DNA of 6,689 nt from Prasinococcaceae sp. CCMP 1430 (lineage: Eukaryota; Plantae; Prasinodermophyta). The stretch is from assembly GCA_013416795.1 (NCBI GenBank), contig RQSC01000008.1, forward strand, positions 358,172-364,860. Direction: 5' to 3'. Under the pieces are notes generated by a model that searched no databases, was not told the origin of the DNA, and was given only the letters and a program-made list of their open reading frames with translations. This document shows, piece by piece, positions 1-4,996 of the stretch (its first letter is position 1; each line of letters opens with the position of its first letter). The translations under genes and the position numbers were made by a program.

Positions 1-2
1 CG

Positions 3-766
3 GCGGCCGACGCGGCGGCGGCGGGCCGGCCGCCGCCGCGCGAGGGCGCGCTCGACAGACTCGTGGGCGCGCGCGTCATCACCGAGGCAGGGGTCGAGAT
101 GGGAAAGGTGCGGACAGAGCGCGCGACGCGCGGCGCTCGGGGCGGGGAGTGAATGTTTGTTTGGCGGCGCGCGCGCGCGCGTGGGTGGGAGGAATGGCGC
201 TTTAGGGGGCGGATGGGGGAAAGGTGGCGGGTTGGGCGACGGGGGCTCGCCGCGGCGCGCGACGCTGACTCTGGCCGCCCGCGCGCACGCCCTGCAGGTC
301 CGCGACTTCGAGTTCGACCCCTCGAGCGGCTCCGTGTACCGGCTGGTAATGGACAACCTCGGCGTGCCCAACGTCCCCGAGAGTTTGTTGCGCGCTTGGG
401 CGGTGCCCGTCTCGCAGGTCGCCCGCGCCGACGCCTACGGCGACATCTACCTGCGCGGCGGCGCGGAGCGCCTTGCCAACACCACCAGCTACGGGTGGCT
501 CGGCGGCGGCGCGCCGTGGGAGGTGGGTGCCGCCTCGCCGCTGGCGGCTGCGCTCGCGAACAACGCTCGCGCGGGCCCGCAGCAGTCCGAGTACACGTAC
601 GCCGCGGCGCTCGACTACGACGAGGACGGAGGCTACGCCGCGCCAACGCCTGCCCCGTTCGCGCAGCCGCAGCGGCCTGAGGGGGGAGCGATCGCCCAGC
701 GACGGTCGCGCAGGCGGCGCGCAGCGGCCGCGGGCGGATCCGGCGTCGAGAACGGGGCCGGCGGCG
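3..766 (+). CDS. PRC-barrel domain protein, cyanobacterial type; partial (5' end outside window, 3' end in or after the N gap). Exons <3-107 and 298->766
   Basis: Splicing 107^298 (phase 0) gives LDRLVGARVITEAGVEMGK|VRDFEFDPSSGSVYRLVMDNLGVPNVPESLLRAWAVPVSQV...GGAERL...APWE. This fits the PRC-barrel pattern (L.G..V.T..G..lG.V.d..fD..sG.v..l) and the C-terminal ..PWE I recall from cyanobacterial PRC-barrel proteins. If the frame holds across the gap, the stop is TAG 904-906. Confidence 0.8.
108..297 (+). other. Spliceosomal intron (190 nt) in the PRC-barrel gene
   Basis: Donor AAG|GTGCGG at 108, branch CTGAC 265-269, acceptor CTGCAG ending at 297. Removal restores the GK|VRDF motif. Confidence 0.88.
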
Positions 767-828
767 NNNNNNNNNNNNNNNNNNNNNNNNNNNNNNNNNN
801 NNNNNNNNNNNNNNNNNNNNNNNNNNNN
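767..828. other. Assembly gap (62 N)
   Basis: Run of N characters. Confidence 0.99.
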
Positions 829-937
829 GACCACCAGGTCGCCCTCTATCCCGGGGCGCGCGGCGAGCGGCTGTGCGCGGCGCGCGGGCGCCGTGTGCTG
901 TACTAGGAGCGTGTGACAGTAACAGTTGAAAGTGCCC

Positions 938-1752
938 TCACTGCCGTCCGCTGGGCTGCGCTCGCTGCGCCTGCCCCTGCGCGCCGTTCGGGAGCTGCCC
1001 TGCCCACCCCTGCCCAGGCACGAAGCTTACCTGCCCATGCCCGCGCTCCCGCTCGCGCCTGCGCTCCTCGTACGCCGCCTCCATTGCCGCCGCGGACTCC
1101 TTGACGAGAGCGTCGTGGTAGTCGCACTCCGGCAGCGCGTGTGGGTCCCACTCACCGCGGGGCAGTGCTGTCCCGTATGCGTCAATGCCGGACTGCGCGG
1201 CGAGGGTGTCGAGCATGTACGGATTCTGAGGGACGGCGAGGGGTCGCTCCCCGGCGCACGCGCGTCAGCACGCGCGCGAGATGCTCGCCGGGCGCCGCCG
1301 CCGCGTGCCAGCCGCTCGCGTCGTCAGCTGCGCACCTTGTACCCCTTCTTTGACCGCAACTGCGCAGTAAGCTCGAGACCCGAGCGCGTCTTGTCAACAA
1401 AGTCGCGCATCCTGGCGCAGAGCGCTTCGGGCGCGGCTCCCTCGGGCGCCGGAGGCAAGCTGTCCGCATCGCGCGCTCCCGGTGGCGGGGGTGCGGGCGC
1501 CGGCGCGGGTGCGGGCGTGGTATCGGGCGCGGTGTCGGGGGCATCGACGTCTCTGCGCGAGGGTTCGGCGTCTTCCCGTTCTCCCGGTGTCACCTCTCCG
1601 CGTTCGACACAGATTCGCGCTTGTTCGCCCCCATCGCCTGCCTGCGCCTGCGCCTGCGCCTGCGCCTGCGCCTGCGCCTGCGGCTGCGGCTGCGGCTGCT
1701 CCTGTTCGTCGTCGCTGCTGCTCCCGCCGCCGTAGGCGTCGAGGCCCAGCAT
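938..1752 (-). CDS. SAP30BP: SAP30-binding protein (HCNGP family), ~234 aa. Exons 1752-1336 and 1225-938
   Basis: Spliced core LPPAPEGAAPEALCARMRDFVDKTRSGLELTAQLRSKKGYK|NPYMLDTLAAQSGIDAYGTALPRGEWDPHALPECDYHDAL matches the HCNGP pattern (LPP.P.g.....l...i......K.f.NP..l.kl.....IDe.Gt..p.d.fDPH....dYy.aL). The N-terminus L.AY + Ser/acidic run is also typical. Stop TGA 940-938. The start codon is less certain than the core. Confidence 0.88.
1226..1335 (-). other. Spliceosomal intron (110 nt) in SAP30BP
   Basis: Minus-strand donor AAG|GTGCGC at 1335, branch CTGAC near 1268-1264, acceptor CTCAG|AAT ending at 1226. Phase 0; restores YK|NP. Confidence 0.88.
1641..1700. repeat. Coding hexamer repeat (CCTGCG)7(GCTGCG)2GCTGCT, encoding the QP/QA tract of SAP30BP
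   Basis: Read directly; it translates on the minus strand as QPQPQPQAQAQAQAQAQAQA. Confidence 0.92.
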
Positions 1753-2035
1753 GACCGCAAGCCGGCGTACCTCGTGAGGTGGTGGTGCAGCTTCTCCGCC
1801 GCACGCGCCGCGCGGCGTCGCGCCGCGTCACGCGTGTGCACGCGCGGGGGCAAGGGCGAGGGCGCTTGTGGCAGCCGCCGGAGCGCGTGCCGCGGCACGC
1901 CTGGCTGCGGCGGCAAAGGGCGAGAATTCGGCGCGATGCGGAGACATCGTCATCGTCATCGTCGCCCTCGGCACCCTCGGGCGCGGCGCCCCGGCGCCAC
2001 ACCGCGCGCGCGCCGCGCTGCGCAATCCGTCAAAA

Positions 2036-2038
<3 letters not shown>

Positions 2039-2075
<37 letters not shown>
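2039..2075 (+). repeat. Poly-G homopolymer (37 nt) in the divergent intergenic region
   Basis: Uninterrupted G run between the SAP30BP start (1752, -) and the TFIIE beta start (2341, +). Confidence 0.93.
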
Positions 2076-2076
<1 letters not shown>

Positions 2077-2340
2077 AGGGCGGCAAGAGGACTAGACGAC
2101 GTGCGGGGCCGAGGGGAGGGAGCCCGCGCGGAGGGAGGACGGCGCGCTCTCCCGGCGGCGCGCGAGGGCGCGCCAACGCCCGTCTGCGAGAGAAGGAAGT
2201 TGCCTCGGGGGCACCGCGGGGAGCAGCTGAGACAGGGCAACAAAGCACTGCCCCTCAGTCGCCGCGGCCTCTCGCCGCCGTCGCGCACCGCACCGCCGTA
2301 CCACAGGCACAGGACGTCTCGAACGCCGCCGCCTGTCAGC

Positions 2341-3578
2341 ATGTTCCAGTTCCAGATCGGTGGCGGCGCCAAGAAGGACTCCAAAACTCTGCGAGCCGAG
2401 CAGGACCGGCGGCGGCGTGAGGACCACGAGCGCGCACAGCGCGAAGAGCGCGACGCGCGTCGCCGGAAAGAGAAAGAGCGCTTCGACGCGCAGCAGAAGC
2501 GCGCGCTCCAGACGCAGGCGGATGCGAGGGCGCAGGCAAAGGGGGCGGCGGGGGGGAAGGCAGGTGCGTACGCACTGCGCTGCGCCGCTGGCGCGTGAGC
2601 GCCGTGACGCCCGCCTGGTGACGGACGCGAGCGAGCGCACGCGCCCACCCCGAGACCTGACCGGCAGCGCGCCCGCGCGCCCACCTCACCGCCCCATTTC
2701 TTTCCCTGCAACATCAGGTGGCGCCCACGACTTCAAGGTGGTCGACATGGGCAGCGCGCGAGGCCGCGTGCCCCTGGCTGCCCGCGTGAAGCGCGTCCTC
2801 GATGCGCTGCACAGCGCATCGCGCCCGCTGCGCTGGCTTGAGGTGTACGAGCTTGCCGGCGTGGACGTGCGCGAGCGCGAGCTCTTCGGCGTGCTCAAGG
2901 CGCACGACAAGGTCTTCTTCGACGAGGTTGACAAACGATTCACCTACAAGACCAAGTACGACTGCCGCTCCAAGGCTGAGCTGCTGCTCGTGCTGCGCGG
3001 CGCTCCCGAGGGCCTGCCACTGGCCGACCTCAAAGACTGCTACAAGGGCGTGCTCGAGGACGTCGAGAGCCTCAAGGAGGAGGGTGAGATCTACGTGCTC
3101 ACGAACAACGAGACGCGCGCCCAGGTGGCGTTCCCCACCAGAGGTCAGACAGATGCGCGCGTGAGCTCGTGTGCGCTCGCGCTACGGGCGCGACGCGGCG
3201 CCGCTTTGAGTGTCCGGGGTCTGACTGCTGACGCGCGTCCCCACGCGTGCGTGCCATGGCACAGGTGTTGACGGCATGGGGCCGCCCGCACCCGACGAGA
3301 TTGTCGACATGTGGTCCCTGACGCCGCTCGCAGACGGCACGCTGGACGGGGTGGAGCGGGAGCTGCGCGCGGCGGGGCTGCGCGTGGCGGGCGCCGTGCA
3401 TCGCCGCGACGAGGAGAGCGGCGTCCGCGCCGCCAAGGCACACCGCGACTCTAAACGGCGCGCAGCCAAGCGACTGCGGAAGGTCACCAACACGCACCTC
3501 ATGGGTCTGTTCGAGGACGGCGGCGCGGCCGCCGGCGAGGCGGCAGTCGCGGGGCCAGGCGCGCAGGCGCACAGATGA
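2341..3578 (+). CDS. GTF2E2: Transcription initiation factor IIE subunit beta, ~320 aa. Exons 2341-2563, 2718-3143, 3265-3578
   Basis: Exons total 963 nt in one frame. Motifs: winged-helix VKRVLDALH..RPL..EV....VDV....LF.VLK.HDKV; FTYKTKYDCRSKAELL..LR..PEGL...DLKDCY..V.EDV..LK.EG.IY; DEIVDMW...VERELRAAG; basic C-terminus RKVTNTHL. All are characteristic of TFIIE beta/Tfa2 and plant-like. Stop TGA 3576-3578. Confidence 0.93.
2564..2717 (+). other. Intron 1 (154 nt) of TFIIE beta
   Basis: Donor CAG|GTGCGT, branch candidates CTGAC 2657-2661 or CTCAC 2686-2690, pyrimidine tract, acceptor ATCAG ending at 2717. Phase 1 joins the two ORFs. Confidence 0.85.
3144..3264 (+). other. Intron 2 (121 nt) of TFIIE beta
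   Basis: Donor GAG|GTCAGA, tandem CTGAC at 3221-3232, acceptor ACAG ending at 3264. Phase 1 puts the last exon in the frame that carries TNTHL. Confidence 0.75.
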
Positions 3579-3815
3579 GGCGCCGCGCCGGCTGCGCCTC
3601 GCAGCGCGCCCGGGGCGCGCGCGCGAATGGATGTATACAGACGATATGTACAACATGCGGGTATCACACATGCCGACAGCGACGCATGGTAGTCGCGAGC
3701 GTGGACCTGATGCGCACCCGATGCCATTCGGGAGCGCGGCGCGCCTGGCGCCTCCAGATCCTGAAGCCTGGCGCCGACGCAGCAGGCAGGGCCGGGCGCG
3801 GGCCCACGGGCGGTC

Positions 3816-4333
3816 TCAGCGGCAGTGTGAGGGCAGGATGGGTGGCAGCGTGGTCCGTATGCCAAGGCGCTCGATGAGCATCGCCATGAGGCCAGGGTCG
3901 GCACTCGCGAAAGTGCTTAGTACGCGCTCGTCGAGCTTCCCTGCCTCGAGGGTCATCTGCAAGAGTTTGTGGGGCGCAGCGCCCGAGTGTGTGCGCGCCA
4001 GGACGCGCGTAGGCAGGGCGTCCGCGCGCGCGTCAGCGCCCTTGCTTGCCGCACTGCCCACCACCGAGCAACACACAAGCGAGCGCGCTCACGGTGCGCG
4101 CGTTGCGAGCGTAACCAGCGCTCTCTCCAGGCCCGGGACCGTGACCGCCGAGCGGCGTTCTGGGCCCCCGCGCTCACCTTGAACATTCGCATCAATGCCT
4201 CCTCGGGCAGCGGGCGCTCGGAGAGATCGCGCAGGTCGCCTGCCCACACCGCGCGGCAGAGCACAGCAAGCGACGTCTCGAATAGCGACGGCGGGCCGTC
4301 TGTCTCGCTACCCGCGATGGGCGCACGAGACAT
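3816..4333 (-). CDS. Small (~98 aa) uncharacterised protein with a BC-box-like N-terminus. Exons 4333-4178 and 3956-3816
   Basis: Spliced: MSRAPIAGSETDGPPSLFETSLAVLCRAVWAGDLRDLSERPLPEEALMRMFK|MTLEAGKLDERVLSTFASADPGLMAMLIERLGIRTTLPPILPSHCR*. Amino-acid composition is normal amid GC-biased noise, and the splice sites are canonical. It resembles my recollection of a ~90-aa plant family (PPSL...DLS.lP...l.lF...L.AGKL.e.vL..F...P.LP..C). Confidence 0.78.
3957..4177 (-). other. Spliceosomal intron (221 nt) in the small gene
   Basis: Minus-strand donor AAG|GTGAGC at 4177, CTGAC near 4036-4032, acceptor TTGCAG|ATG ending at 3957; phase 0. Confidence 0.8.
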
Positions 4334-4470
4334 CGCGGCACATCCGCGCCCAAGGATGCGCGACGAGCGGCGCGCAGCAAGCGCGCGCAAGAGCACGAGC
4401 CGGCGCACGCGCGTGTGCGCACGCAGCGCGCAGCGGGCTGGGGCGGGCGGGTCGCAGTTCGAACCTATCT

Positions 4471-4497
4471 CCCCTTCCCCCCCCCCCGCTTCCCCCC
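4471..4497. repeat. C-rich tract (C4-TT-C11-GCTT-C6); G-rich on the coding strand of the small gene
   Basis: Read directly; it lies ~140-165 nt upstream of ATG 4333. Confidence 0.85.
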
Positions 4498-4591
4498 AGC
4501 GACCTCTCCGGCACCACGCCGCCCTGCGCCGCGCTGCGCACGCGGCGTGTGTGACGCGGGGCGGGCGGAAGGCCGGCGGCAGGATCTGGGA

Positions 4592-4884
4592 CTCCCTTCG
4601 CTCGAACAATATGAGCGAAGGGGGCGACTGAGGCGCCGAGCAGGGATGAGGGCTGCACCACAGCTCGTCGCGGCCAGTCCGAGCCCACCTGAGGGAGCTC
4701 GGTCAGCTGCCGAGCTCCGCAAAGGGCTCGGCATGTCCTGCGAAAGCCAGCAGCCCCTCCTCGTGCGCCGCCGAGGGTGCGGCGCGGCCCGGCTCGTGGC
4801 CAGAGCTCGGTGGCACACGAACTCGTGGTGTACACGCCATCTCGGCTTTACAGGCACGCGGCCAACATCAGGGGCCGCTAGTGC
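4592..4884 (+). ncRNA. Candidate structured RNA element, family unassigned
   Basis: Several perfect inverted repeats: 4594-4603/4613-4622, 4679-4686/4724-4731, 4694-4702/4710-4718, 4765-4771/4779-4785, 4858-4863/4873-4878. There is also a long-range helix, 4654-4668/4817-4832. G.U extensions slightly favour the + strand. No convincing protein-coding frame. Confidence 0.35.
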
Positions 4885-4996
4885 ATCTCATCACAGTCGT
4901 CAAAATTGTACATGGCGCGCGCGCTCGGACACGCGCGCCGTGGGGTGGCGCGGACTTGCCCACCGATCGCCACGGCTTGCCCTTGGGCTTTTTTTG

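Noticed and set aside
201-207. Telomeric TTTAGGG unit
   Set aside because: A single copy inside an intron.
1641-1700. CRISPR-like array
   Set aside because: A spacerless coding microsatellite in a eukaryotic gene.
1394-2002. Upstream acidic exon (EGDDDDDD from (CATCGT)3) extending SAP30BP
   Set aside because: No ATG in that region (GTG start), a different frame from the gene, and no convincing splice path.
4420-4470. tRNA gene at GGTCGCAGTTCGAACC
   Set aside because: No acceptor, D or anticodon stems can be formed, and the T-arm is incomplete.
4620-4730. TPP riboswitch (CTGAG ... ACCTGA ... AGGG)
   Set aside because: UGAGA is imperfect, the spacing is too long, the UAAUG loop is absent, and there is no thiamine gene nearby.
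4724-4790. HDV-like ribozyme (GGGCTCGGCATG...TCCTCG)
   Set aside because: P3 has a C-C mismatch, P1 lacks the cleavage-site G pair, and no P2/J4-2 can be built.
4618-4884. Telomerase RNA (G-rich start, GATGAG..CTGC)
   Set aside because: No CCCTAA/CTAAAC-type template on either strand.
4720-4885. SRP (7SL) RNA: GAAA-GC-CAGCAGCC resembles helix 8 on +, and GCGTGCCTGTAA resembles the Alu domain on -
   Set aside because: The two motifs are on opposite strands, and the conserved CAGG opposite AGCA is missing.
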